This document shows, piece after piece, positions 18,987 to 28,442 of a stretch of DNA of 64,000 bases. The number at the start of each line of letters is the position of its first letter. Position 1 is the stretch's first letter. This stretch comes from an uncultured Christensenella sp. (GTDB taxonomy: Bacteria > Bacillota > Clostridia > Christensenellales > UBA3700). Below the pieces are notes generated by a model that was given only the letters and a program-made list of their open reading frames with translations, was not told the DNA's origin and ran no database searches. The stretch lies in the NCBI GenBank assembly GCA_949287655.1, contig CASEHD010000006.1, forward strand, positions 9,126 through 73,125, given 5' to 3'. The translations under genes were made by a program, and so were the position numbers.

Positions 18987-19325
18987 ATGCAAAGACGGTA
19001 TAGGCTTACCAACAGTCGGTCGTTCGACTATCTATACCGTAAGGGCACCTGCGTCCGCGACGGCTTTCTCGTCCTCTACTTCGCCCCGTCCAACAGGGGA
19101 ATGAGAGTAGGTTTTTCGGTAGGAAAAAAAGTGGGAAAGAGCGTCGTCCGCAACAAGACCAAAAGAAGACTGAAAGAGGCTTTTCGCAAACATATCCCTG
19201 AGATAAAGCGCGGTTTCAACTATCTGATAGTTGCGCGTCATCAGGCGGCGGAAAGCGATTTTGCGCAAATAGAAAACAATCTTTTGAGTTTGCTCGCAAA
19301 GGCGGGCGCGACGGAGGCGGTATGA
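18987..19325 (+). CDS. rnpA: ribonuclease P protein component
   Basis: 112-aa basic protein with the VGFSVGKKVGKSVVRNKTKRRLKE motif, immediately after rpmH. Confidence 0.9.
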   Translation: MQRRYRLTNSRSFDYLYRKGTCVRDGFLVLYFAPSNRGMRVGFSVGKKVGKSVVRNKTKRRLKEAFRKHIPEIKRGFNYLIVARHQAAESDFAQIENNLLSLLAKAGATEAV

Positions 19326-19561
19326 GTCTTATGTCGCGCGCCGTGGGCGTTTACAAAAGATATTACAATCCGCTTTTTTCGGGCAACTGCAAATATACCC
19401 CCAGTTGTTCCGCATATATGGTACAGGCGGTCAAAAAACGCGGTTTTATAGCGGGCGTTTTCTTAGGCGTGTGGCGCATATTGAGGTGCAATCCCTTTTC
19501 AAAGGGAGGATTTGATCCCGTCAAAGACGATTTGAGAGGTCGTGCAAAATGGCTTTTATGA
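19322..19561 (+). CDS. yidD: membrane protein insertion efficiency factor YidD
   Basis: CKYTPSCSAYMVQAV...RILRCNPFSKGGFDPV signature. Confidence 0.9.
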   Translation: MSLMSRAVGVYKRYYNPLFSGNCKYTPSCSAYMVQAVKKRGFIAGVFLGVWRILRCNPFSKGGFDPVKDDLRGRAKWLL

Positions 19562-20565
19562 ACACTCTGCTTTCCGCGGAGATGACAAACCTCGTAGGTA
19601 AATTTCTTCTCGTTCTGTACAACGCGATAGGCGACTTCGGTTGGACCGTGGTCATATTTACCGTGTTGCTCAAAACGGTGGTTTTACCCCTCGATATATG
19701 GCAGAAGATATCAATGCGCAAGCAGTCCAAGGCGATGGAGCGCATACGTCCGCAGCTGGAAAAACTGCAGAAACAGTACGCCAATCACCCCGATATCCTG
19801 CGCCAGAAACAGGCTGAACTCCAGAAGAAAGAGAAGATTCACGTGTTCGCTTCCTGCCTTCCGATGATAATCACGATCGTGATATTCTTCGTGGTCTGGG
19901 CGGGATTCAGAGCGCTCGTCGCGTACGAAAACGAGGTCATCGTTGAAAAGCTGATGGTGATTTACAACGAAAACATCGTCAAGGTCCAGGCGGGCACAAT
20001 GACGATGGATGAGCTCAATTCGCTTCTCGCAAGCAGCTACGATCTGCACGGCTGGCTGTGGGTCAAAAACGTATTCATGTCCGATATCGGCACCAACGTC
20101 ATTCCGGATATCGACACGTTCCTGGGCACTATCGGCGCGACTATGCCGGAGCTTTCGCCGGGACTTACCTATGACAAGCTGATCGGCCCCGCGATGGATC
20201 TGTACAACAAACAATCTTTCTGGGACGCGGCGAGATGGAACGGTTATTTCGGACTCCCGATACTGTCCATCGCTACCAGCTTTATCAGCACAAAGCTGAT
20301 GCAGAGTCAGAATCCTCAGATGCCCAGCGGTACCGAGGAGCAACAAAAAACTCAACAGACTACCACAAAGATACTCAACTATCTCATGCCGCTTATGCTG
20401 GGCGTTTTCGCGATAATGTACAGCGCGGCGTTCGCAATCTACTATTTCCTTAGTAACGTATATTCGACGGTGGTCAGTCTGATATTCAATCTCATTGTAA
20501 AAAGAAAAGACAAAGTGGAGAAGGACAGACTTCTGTCCACGACCTACGTCGGAGGAAGAAAATGA
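19549..20565 (+). CDS. yidC: YidC/Oxa1-family membrane insertase (SpoIIIJ-like)
   Basis: Position after yidD; polytopic protein with a basic C-terminal tail; start could instead be the Met at 19558. Confidence 0.85.
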   Translation: MAFMNTLLSAEMTNLVGKFLLVLYNAIGDFGWTVVIFTVLLKTVVLPLDIWQKISMRKQSKAMERIRPQLEKLQKQYANHPDILRQKQAELQKKEKIHVFASCLPMIITIVIFFVVWAGFRALVAYENEVIVEKLMVIYNENIVKVQAGTMTMDELNSLLASSYDLHGWLWVKNVFMSDIGTNVIPDIDTFLGTIGATMPELSPGLTYDKLIGPAMDLYNKQSFWDAARWNGYFGLPILSIATSFISTKLMQSQNPQMPSGTEEQQKTQQTTTKILNYLMPLMLGVFAIMYSAAFAIYYFLSNVYSTVVSLIFNLIVKRKDKVEKDRLLSTTYVGGRK

Positions 20566-21389
20566 AAGAAATAGAAATCACTGCGTCCAGCTATGAGGAC
20601 GCGCTCGCCGAAGCTCTGAAAGAACTCGGCGTTTCGGAAGACAGGGTAGAGGCGACTATCGTAAAACAGACCGGCCTCATCCGCAAAAAAGTCACCGTAA
20701 AAGTAACCGTCAAGGCGACCCCCAAGGATATCGCCATCGACTTTATCAACACCCTCATTCAGAAAATGGGTCTTGACTGCGCGGCGACGATAAGAGAGGA
20801 AGAGGACGCTTATTACGTGTCCGTTTCGGGCAAGGATACCGCGACCCTTATCGGCTACCGCGGCGACGTGCTCGACTGCGTTCAGTACCTGACGCTGCTC
20901 GTCGTCAACAAGACGACCGACCTCGACAAGAGGATAATCATCGACGGCGAAAATTACAGGGAAAAGAGAACTATCGTGCTTTCAAAACTGGCGAAGAAAC
21001 TGGCGATAAAGGCGGCTAAGACGGGCAGAGACGTCTCTCTCGAACCGATGAACCCGTTTGAAAGACGCGTGATCCACTCCGCGCTCGCAGACGACAAATT
21101 CGTGACGACGGAAAGCGAAGGCGAAGAGCCCAACCGCTATATCGTGATAAAACCCAACAAGAGAACTTTCGGCGACCGTCAGCGCAGAGGCAACGGCGGC
21201 AGATACAACAACGGCGGCAGATACAACAACGGCGAAAGAAGCAACTATCAGTCTCAGCAATCCGCCGCTCCCGCAGAGCCCAAAGAGGAGAAGCCGAAGG
21301 ATATGTACAATCACGAATACAGCATCAACTTCAAGCGTACCGGCGGCGGCAAGCTCAGAAGTTTCGGCGAAAAGAAACGTACTTTTTAA
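20562..21389 (+). CDS. jag: Jag/KhpB RNA-binding protein (Jag-N, KH, R3H)
   Basis: R3H motif LEPMNPFERRVIHSAL; follows yidC; low-complexity GGRYNNGGRYNNGE C-terminal tail. Confidence 0.85.
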   Translation: MKEIEITASSYEDALAEALKELGVSEDRVEATIVKQTGLIRKKVTVKVTVKATPKDIAIDFINTLIQKMGLDCAATIREEEDAYYVSVSGKDTATLIGYRGDVLDCVQYLTLLVVNKTTDLDKRIIIDGENYREKRTIVLSKLAKKLAIKAAKTGRDVSLEPMNPFERRVIHSALADDKFVTTESEGEEPNRYIVIKPNKRTFGDRQRRGNGGRYNNGGRYNNGERSNYQSQQSAAPAEPKEEKPKDMYNHEYSINFKRTGGGKLRSFGEKKRTF

Positions 21390-21404
21390 CCCAAGTCAAT
21401 TCTC

Positions 21405-21433
21405 GGCGTACCTGAAAAGGTACGCCTTTTTTT
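21405..21433 (+). terminator. intrinsic terminator after jag
   Basis: ggcgtacc-tgaaaa-ggtacgcc followed by ttttttt. Confidence 0.8.
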
Positions 21434-21482
21434 GTTGAAATTTTTATCGTTATATTTTATACTTATAAATATAGGGGATATC

Positions 21483-21905
21483 ATGAGAGAATCTTTCGAC
21501 GCGTTTATCAGTTACAGAAGAAATACGGGAAGTACTCTCGCCAACAGGATCTACGACTTTTTTGTTTCGCGAAGAATAACCCTTCCTTCTCTTTGCTCAG
21601 AAGACAAACTGGGTTACCTTGCTACTATCGTTGTATCTGAAAAATATCGCGGCAACGGTCTTGCAACCGCTCTTATCAATAAAGTGACCCGTTTATTCGC
21701 CAAAATGAATATCTCACATATCATTACCACCGCTTGGAAACATATAGGAAAAATCAATCTTCAAGGCGTTCTCATACGCTGCGGTTATAAAAAAATAACT
21801 GAGATCCCGGATTATTGGTACGAAGACAGTATAAAAAAGGGATACTCTTGTCCACAATGCGGAAATCCTTGTCATTGTTCGTGCGTAATATTTGAAAAAT
21901 TCTGA
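21483..21905 (+). CDS. chimeric ORF: TIR-type N-terminal fragment fused to the C-terminal two thirds of a GNAT acetyltransferase (possible pseudogene)
   Basis: MRESFDAFISYRRNTGSTLANRIYDFF resembles the first strand and helix of a TIR domain. From LGYLATIVVSEKYRGNGLATALI onward it is GNAT motif A, followed by a CPQCGNPCHC tail. AT-rich islet. Confidence 0.5.
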   Translation: MRESFDAFISYRRNTGSTLANRIYDFFVSRRITLPSLCSEDKLGYLATIVVSEKYRGNGLATALINKVTRLFAKMNISHIITTAWKHIGKINLQGVLIRCGYKKITEIPDYWYEDSIKKGYSCPQCGNPCHCSCVIFEKF

Positions 21906-22052
21906 ACTCTGTCTCTATTACGATATTACTAAATCATTCCGCTCGATTTTTTGCAAATTTTTCCTTTTACATTTTACAAGCGCATATCTTTATGTTTCAA
22001 TATGCTCATAAACACACGGGGAATAAAAACAGAAAAGCATTACTTCCTCATT

Positions 22053-22085
22053 AAAAAAGCGCGGGACCCCGCGCTCTCTTTTTCT
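22053..22085. terminator. bidirectional terminator (end of mnmE and end of the chimeric ORF)
   Basis: aaaaaagcgcggg-ac-cccgcgct ctcttttt. Confidence 0.6.
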
Positions 22086-22109
22086 CTTTAAACTTTGCTT
22101 ATTATACTT

Positions 22110-23441
22110 TTATTTTCCCAGGCAGAACTTTGAGAAGATCGCGTTGACGATACTTTCGTCCGCGGTGTTTCCCGTTATCTCTCCCAGCGCGGAGTATGCG
22201 TCGCGCATATCGACCAAGAGACATTCCGCCGGCTCTTCGTCAAAGCTTTCTTTCGCCTGCGTAAGGCTGAAATGCGCGCGTTTTAAAGCGTCGTAATGGC
22301 GGCTGTCCGTCACGATGTTGCCTGAAAGATCCACGTCGCCGCCTATAACGCAGTCGATTATCGCCTTCTTTATCTTGTCTATCCCTTCGCCCGTCTTTGC
22401 GCTGACGAAAATGCCCTTTCTGTCGTCCTTTGCGTGCGGCATATCGTCCTTGTTGTATACGCGTATTACCTTTGCGCCTTCGACCGATCTCAATATGTTT
22501 TCCTCTTCGTCCGTCGGCTTTCTGCCCGCTTCGGTTATGAACAGCACTACGTCGCTGTTTTTTGCGATCGCGCGGCTTCTGTCCACGCCCAGCTTTTCGA
22601 CCTTATCGTCCGTCTCTCGTATGCCCGCGGTGTCGATAAGGTTGACAGTTATCCCGTCCACCTCGAGGCGCTCCTCTAAGCTGTCTCTGGTCGTACCAGC
22701 TATTTCAGTGACTATCGCCCTGTCTTTACCGGTCAACGCGTTCAGGGTAGAGGACTTGCCGACGTTGGCTATGCCCACTATCGCGACGTCTATTCCTTGC
22801 TTTACATAGCTTCCTGTCTTTGCGGTCGAAAGCAGTTTTTCCAGCTCTTTGCACAATTCGTTTACCGTGTCTTTCGCAACGCGGCGGCTCTCTTCTTCCA
22901 TCTCCTCGGGGTAGTCGAGCGCAGCTTCCATCGTCGCTATCGCGTCCAGCAGTTTTTCTTCAAACGCGTATATCTGCTTTGACAGATTCCCGGTCATCGA
23001 GCGGTAAGACGCTTTAAGCTGCGCCTCGCTTTCTGCGTTTATCATCTCAATAACCGCTTCTGCGTCGCTGAGCGCCAGTTTGCCGTTCAGAAACGCGCGT
23101 TTAGTAAATTCACCCTTGTCCGCGGCGCGCGCGCCAGCCTCGATACAGCCCTTCAATATCTCGTTTACAAGCCTTACTCCGCCGTGACAATGTATCTCAA
23201 AAATATCTTCGCCCGTGTAGGTTTTCGGCGCTTTAAAGTATACTCCCAGACATCTGTCCGACACCTCTCCCGCAGTCGCCGTGCCGTAATACATCATATT
23301 GGGAACGGCGTAAGAAAGGTCGGCGAGTTTGCTTGTATGAAAAACCTTCGCCGCCACCATAAGCGCGTCGTCTCCGCTTATTCTTACTATTCCTATCGCG
23401 CCCGCTCCGACCGGAGTGGATATCGCCGCTATCGTCTGCAT
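22110..23441 (-). CDS. mnmE: tRNA modification GTPase MnmE
   Basis: 443 aa; G-domain GIANVGKSSTLN and DTAGIRET; C-terminal CLGK. Confidence 0.95.
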   Translation of the reverse strand: MQTIAAISTPVGAGAIGIVRISGDDALMVAAKVFHTSKLADLSYAVPNMMYYGTATAGEVSDRCLGVYFKAPKTYTGEDIFEIHCHGGVRLVNEILKGCIEAGARAADKGEFTKRAFLNGKLALSDAEAVIEMINAESEAQLKASYRSMTGNLSKQIYAFEEKLLDAIATMEAALDYPEEMEEESRRVAKDTVNELCKELEKLLSTAKTGSYVKQGIDVAIVGIANVGKSSTLNALTGKDRAIVTEIAGTTRDSLEERLEVDGITVNLIDTAGIRETDDKVEKLGVDRSRAIAKNSDVVLFITEAGRKPTDEEENILRSVEGAKVIRVYNKDDMPHAKDDRKGIFVSAKTGEGIDKIKKAIIDCVIGGDVDLSGNIVTDSRHYDALKRAHFSLTQAKESFDEEPAECLLVDMRDAYSALGEITGNTADESIVNAIFSKFCLGK

Positions 23442-23496
23442 CTTTTATCTCCGCAAAGCTTTTTAACGCTTATAATATATCACACGCGCGCGGCGA

Positions 23497-23525
23497 TTGC
23501 AAATAAAAGCGCGTTGTGCTATAAT
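23497..23525 (+). promoter_or_regulatory. sigma-A-type promoter upstream of mnmG
   Basis: TTGCAA-17 nt-TATAAT. Confidence 0.5.
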
Positions 23526-23725
23526 TGAGCGTAACCGGACGGACGGCTTTTCTTTACTTAATGATAAAGGTATCGGATAAAAAGGACAATATATACGCGT
23601 TCTTCCGGTAAAAGCCGCGGTTCGGTCGGGCGGAAATTACGCTTTAAGCATAACGGCGACATATAAGAACATAGCGGACAAAAACGTACTTGGCGGGCAG
23701 GAAAACGCCCTTAAAAAGAGGTATA

Positions 23726-25594
23726 ATGCAGAGAAGATTCGACGAAATTTACGACGCGGTAGTGATAGGCGCGGGGCATGCGGGAGTTGAAGCGTGCCTT
23801 GCTCTTTCGCGCCTCGGTCTCAAAACTCTCGTCGTCACGCTCTCTCTCGACGCTATATCCTTTATGGCTTGCAATCCCGCGATCGGAGGCACAGCGAAAG
23901 GGCACCTCGTACGCGAAGTGGACGCCCTCGGCGGACAGATGGGCATAAGCGCGGATCACAACCTTCTTCAGATAAGAATGCTTAATACCGGCAAGGGCGC
24001 GGCTGTTCAAAGCCTCAGAGGTCAGGCGGATAAATCAGAGTACCATTTATATATGAAACGCGTGCTTGAACGCGAAAAAAACCTTACCGTCCTGCAAGGG
24101 GAAGTCTCTCATATACTCACCGAAAACGGCAAGGTGGTCGGCGTTACTACGCTGCAAGGTCAGACCTTCGCCTGCAAAGGGGTCGTCGTCGCGACCGGCG
24201 TATATCTGAACGCGGATATAATAATCGGCGAATTCCGTCAAAAGACGGGTCCCAACGGTTTCTGCCGCGCGACCGCGCTCACTCAATGCCTTCTCGATAT
24301 GGGCATACCCACCCGCCGTTTTAAGACGGGCACCCCCGCCAGAGTGGATAAGAAGACTATAAATTTCGACGCCATGACGATCCAAAGCGGCGACGAAAAG
24401 CTGTATCCTTTCTCCTTTATGACCGACGGATTTATCGAGAACAAGGAGCCGTGTTACCTCACTTATACGACCGAAGAGACAAAGAAAATAATCATGGCGA
24501 ACATCGACCGCTCTCCGCTGTATAACGGCAGCATAAAGAGCACGGGCCCCCGTTACTGTCCGTCCATCGAGGACAAAGTGATGCGCTTTGCGGATAAGGA
24601 AAGACATCAGATATTTATTGAGCCTGAAAGCGCTTCAACCGACGAAATGTATGTGCAGGGAATGAGCAGTTCTCTCCCGGTAGACGTGCAGATAGCGATG
24701 TACCGTTCTGTTATCGGTCTTGAAAAATGCCGTCTTATGCGGTACGCTTACGCAATTGAATACGACTGCATAGATTCGACCTCTCTCTATCCGTCGCTTA
24801 TGACAAAGCGCGTGGACGGACTGTTTATGGCAGGACAGCTCAACGGCAGCAGCGGCTACGAAGAAGCGGCGGCGCAGGGCATAATGGCCGGTATAAACTG
24901 CGCGAGATATATCACAGACAAAGCGCCCGTTATTCTGGGCAGAGAGAGTTCTTACATAGGCGTTCTTATCGACGATCTCGTCACAAAGGGCACCAACGAG
25001 CCTTACCGCATGATGACCGCGCGCGCAGAACACCGCCTTAATTTAAGACAGGAAAACGCGGACGAAAGACTTACCCCGATCGGCAGAGAAGTCGGGCTCG
25101 TAAGCGATGAAAGATACGCGCGTTACCTCGGCAAGATGAATTCGCTTAAAGAGATAAACAAAGCTCTCGAAAGAAGCGTTTCTCCGTCAATTTCCGCGCC
25201 CCTTTTTGCTGAGACAGGCGACTATGTGCCGCACACAGGAATGTCGTTGAGAGAGATTTTAAAGCGTTCGGGCGTGACCGCGGAGCTTCTCGTAAAGTAT
25301 TTTCCCGAACTCGGAAAATTTAATATCCGTTATCTCAAAGAGGTCGCGACTGTCGCTAAATACGAAGGGTATCTTTCAAAGCAGATGTCCGCGATAGAGC
25401 GCACTAAAAAACTGGAAGATAAGGCGCTTCCCGATGACGCGGACTATCTTTCGATAGAGGGTCTCAGACTGGAAGCAAGGCAGAAACTAAATAAGATCCG
25501 CCCGTTAAATCTCGGGCAGGCATCGAGGATATCCGGCGTTTCTCCCGCAGATATCACCGTTCTTATGGTATGGCTGGCAAGGAGGGGAAAATAA
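23726..25594 (+). CDS. mnmG: tRNA uridine 5-carboxymethylaminomethyl modification enzyme MnmG (GidA)
   Basis: YDAVVIGAGHAGVEA FAD motif; about 622 aa; AGAGG RBS before the ATG at 23726. Confidence 0.95.
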   Translation: MQRRFDEIYDAVVIGAGHAGVEACLALSRLGLKTLVVTLSLDAISFMACNPAIGGTAKGHLVREVDALGGQMGISADHNLLQIRMLNTGKGAAVQSLRGQADKSEYHLYMKRVLEREKNLTVLQGEVSHILTENGKVVGVTTLQGQTFACKGVVVATGVYLNADIIIGEFRQKTGPNGFCRATALTQCLLDMGIPTRRFKTGTPARVDKKTINFDAMTIQSGDEKLYPFSFMTDGFIENKEPCYLTYTTEETKKIIMANIDRSPLYNGSIKSTGPRYCPSIEDKVMRFADKERHQIFIEPESASTDEMYVQGMSSSLPVDVQIAMYRSVIGLEKCRLMRYAYAIEYDCIDSTSLYPSLMTKRVDGLFMAGQLNGSSGYEEAAAQGIMAGINCARYITDKAPVILGRESSYIGVLIDDLVTKGTNEPYRMMTARAEHRLNLRQENADERLTPIGREVGLVSDERYARYLGKMNSLKEINKALERSVSPSISAPLFAETGDYVPHTGMSLREILKRSGVTAELLVKYFPELGKFNIRYLKEVATVAKYEGYLSKQMSAIERTKKLEDKALPDDADYLSIEGLRLEARQKLNKIRPLNLGQASRISGVSPADITVLMVWLARRGK

Positions 25595-26295
25595 TGGCTG
25601 AATTTAATCTCTTAAAAGAATTCTTACAGAAAAACTCTCTTTATTCTGACGAAATTTACGCTAAGTTTCAAACCTATTACGACTGCGTTACAGAGACCAA
25701 TAAGGTGATGAACCTGACCGCTATAACGGATGAAGAGGAATTTGAAAAAAAGCACTTTTTGGACAGTCTTCTCCCTTTTAAAGAATTCGAAGGCGCTGAA
25801 AAAGTAGCGGATATCGGCAGCGGCGCCGGCTTTCCCGCGATACCTCTCGCTATAATCATGCCGGGCGTATCTTTCACTCTCGTGGACAGCCTTAACAAAA
25901 GGGTGACTTTTTTAAACGGCGTCACAGAAAAACTCGGGCTTAAAAACTGCTCCGCGATACATTCGCGCGCGGAGGACTTCGCTAAGACGGGCAGGGAAAA
26001 ATTCGACGCGGTTACCGCAAGGGCTGTCGCCGCGCTTAACGTGCTTCTCGAATACACGTCGCCTCTCTGCAAGGTCGGCGGAAAGATAATCGCGTATAAG
26101 GGCGCGGGCGCGGAAGAGGAGATCGCGGAGGCGAAAAACGCCGCGGTCGCCCTCGGCTTAAAGCTTGAAAAATCGGTGGACTTCAATCTCCCCGGCGGCG
26201 ACGTAAGGGTAGTGCCGGTATATAAAAAAGTCAGACCTTGCGATAAAAAATATCCGCGCGGCGGCAATAAGCCCAGGACAAATCCTATATTATAA
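25594..26295 (+). CDS. rsmG: 16S rRNA (guanine527-N7)-methyltransferase RsmG
   Basis: ATG overlaps the mnmG stop (TAATG); SAM motif VADIGSGAGFPAIPLAI; GGAGGGG RBS. Confidence 0.9.
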   Translation: MAEFNLLKEFLQKNSLYSDEIYAKFQTYYDCVTETNKVMNLTAITDEEEFEKKHFLDSLLPFKEFEGAEKVADIGSGAGFPAIPLAIIMPGVSFTLVDSLNKRVTFLNGVTEKLGLKNCSAIHSRAEDFAKTGREKFDAVTARAVAALNVLLEYTSPLCKVGGKIIAYKGAGAEEEIAEAKNAAVALGLKLEKSVDFNLPGGDVRVVPVYKKVRPCDKKYPRGGNKPRTNPIL

Positions 26296-26297
26296 TA

Positions 26298-27038
26298 TCA
26301 CGACGTAATTGCTTTGTATAAATTTTTCAACTGATCCGATGTCGGATTTTCGTCTATTATTACCCATCTTATTGTCTTTATTATAAGCGGAATGTTTTGG
26401 CTTTCCTCAGCTCCTTTTATCATGACGGGCACTATCTTCGCGCCGCAGGCAAGCGCCTTATTAAGTTCCATATTTGCAAATCTTCTATTTAAAGAATTTT
26501 CACTGCACAGATAGACGAATACGCCTTCTTGTGAAGTTCTTATTATCTCATCGCCCACATTAATAAAATCAAATTCCACGTCTTTTTTTAAATCAAACAC
26601 ATTAAATCCTCTTTCTTGCAGATAATCAGCCAGCTTTTTCTGAACATGAAAGTCTTTTACGGAACAACTTATAAATATACGATTTCTTTTTATCATATCG
26701 GCTATACTCTTTATCAAATCTATCATACCGTATTTAAAATCTTTTTCAATGTCTATTTCGTAAAATCTGCTTTCATCAATACTTTTAATATATGCAAGTT
26801 CTTTCTGTACCCACTTAGACTGTTCCGAGTTTTCACTCTTGCAATAAAGAAAAATATTACGAGCTTCTATCTCTCTTTTTATAAAATCTTCAAGCTCGAC
26901 GTTGTTGTCGTCAAGACATTTCATAAAAAAAATAAGCGGTTCACAGTTAAGAATTTCAAGAATATCCCTTATCTTTCTTACCTTTTCAACGTCTTTGTGA
27001 GAATGAGATAAAAATATAGTGAGTTTTTCTTCGTTCAT
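26298..27038 (-). CDS. protein with two tandem TIR-like domains
   Basis: IFLSHSHKD...SKWVQKELAY (domain 1) and IFISCSVKD...FANMELNKA (domain 2). Gene is much more AT-rich than its flanks. Its stop lies 2 nt from the rsmG stop. Confidence 0.7.
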   Translation of the reverse strand: MNEEKLTIFLSHSHKDVEKVRKIRDILEILNCEPLIFFMKCLDDNNVELEDFIKREIEARNIFLYCKSENSEQSKWVQKELAYIKSIDESRFYEIDIEKDFKYGMIDLIKSIADMIKRNRIFISCSVKDFHVQKKLADYLQERGFNVFDLKKDVEFDFINVGDEIIRTSQEGVFVYLCSENSLNRRFANMELNKALACGAKIVPVMIKGAEESQNIPLIIKTIRWVIIDENPTSDQLKNLYKAITS

Positions 27039-27311
27039 TTTTTCTCCTTTATCTTATTCAGACGGTCTCTGTTTTTTTTATTATTATACAATGCTTTTAA
27101 GTTATAATCAACTGCTGTTTTTGCGTGGCGAAGAGAATCGACGATTTTTTTATATCAAAAAATCTATACTTTTTTCTTTCGACGTTGCACCGTATAAGAC
27201 TTTTATTTTTGAATTTTTAAGCACAAAAGCCGTCAGGCGTCGTTGCCGGCTTTATGACGCGTAAACGTTTTAAAACCTACACCCACTTTGCTTTTATTTG
27301 TTATTTATATA

Positions 27312-27340
27312 TTGCAATCGTTTATTTTATTTGCTATAAT
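27312..27340 (+). promoter_or_regulatory. sigma-A-type promoter for parB
   Basis: TTGCAA-17 nt-TATAAT. Confidence 0.55.
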
Positions 27341-27409
27341 TGAGGTATAAACGACTTAAAAACAGTATAATACATTATTTTACTGTTTTTTACTAAACAA
27401 GAGGTACGT

Positions 27410-28279
27410 ATGGCTAAAAAATCGGAAGACCGTTCAACTATCGATCTCGCTATTAAGCTGGCAAGCGACGATACTAAAGACGAAACCGTTACTCAGATCG
27501 AATCAAAACTGATAGACACCAATCCCAATCAACCCAGAAAGCATTTCGACGAAGAAAGTCTTAACGAGCTGGCTGTAAGCATTAAAAACTACGGCGTAAT
27601 ACAACCCATTCTCGTTTGCCCGAAGGAAGGCGGAAGATACGAACTTATCGCCGGCGAGAGAAGGTTAAGGGCGAGCAAGATGGCGGGGCTTTCTTTTATC
27701 CCCGCGATAGTAAAGAAATTTACAGAATCGGAAATGGCGGAGATCGCACTTATCGAGAACTTGCAGAGAGAGGATCTCAACCCGATAGAAGAGGCGAGGG
27801 CGTACCGCTCGCTGATGGAAAAATATGGTTTCACGCAGGAAGAACTTGCGGACAAGCTGGGCAAGTCAAGACCGGTAATCGCTAACAGCCTGAGACTTTT
27901 ATCTCTTAACCCTGTCGTCGTAGAGATGGTTGAGACTAACAGACTTTCGGCAGGACATGCAAGATGCCTCGCCTCGATAAAGGATATGGGAGTACAGGCG
28001 ACCTACGCGCTCGCCGCTTGCGACAAACAGCTTTCGGTAAGACAGCTTGAAAATATGGTCAGGGCATACTTAAAACCGGGCAAACAACCCAAGACCCCTA
28101 AAAAGGCGTTTATTTCTCCTGAGCTAAAAGAGCTTGTAAACAACATGCAGCGCACTTTCGGCACTAAGGTTAAGGCTGTCGGCAACAACGAAAAAGGCAG
28201 AATCTTTATAGATTATTATACAAAAGACGACCTTATCAGAATTTACGAGCTTATAGACTCTTTGTCAGAGCAGGAGTAA
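27410..28279 (+). CDS. parB: ParB/Spo0J/Noc-family chromosome partitioning protein
   Basis: GVIQPILV, LIAGERRLRAS and IALIENLQREDLNPIEEA motifs plus an HTH; no parA/soj gene adjacent. Confidence 0.9.
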   Translation: MAKKSEDRSTIDLAIKLASDDTKDETVTQIESKLIDTNPNQPRKHFDEESLNELAVSIKNYGVIQPILVCPKEGGRYELIAGERRLRASKMAGLSFIPAIVKKFTESEMAEIALIENLQREDLNPIEEARAYRSLMEKYGFTQEELADKLGKSRPVIANSLRLLSLNPVVVEMVETNRLSAGHARCLASIKDMGVQATYALAACDKQLSVRQLENMVRAYLKPGKQPKTPKKAFISPELKELVNNMQRTFGTKVKAVGNNEKGRIFIDYYTKDDLIRIYELIDSLSEQE

Positions 28280-28414
28280 AAGGTAAGAAAGTATAAAAGA
28301 TTTTTACCCGCTAAAAAATTTTAAACATAAAAAATTTTTTAAGTACCGCTCTTTAAAGCAAAGATATACTTAATATCTTTAAATACTTGCTGATTTAAAA
28401 ATACATACGAAAAA

Positions 28415-28435
28415 CCCGAAGAATCTTCCTTCGGG
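28415..28435 (-). terminator. intrinsic terminator of the decayed minus-strand ORF
   Basis: cccgaag-aatcttc-cttcggg; the T-run follows on the minus strand. Confidence 0.6.
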
Positions 28436-28442
28436 TAATTTT

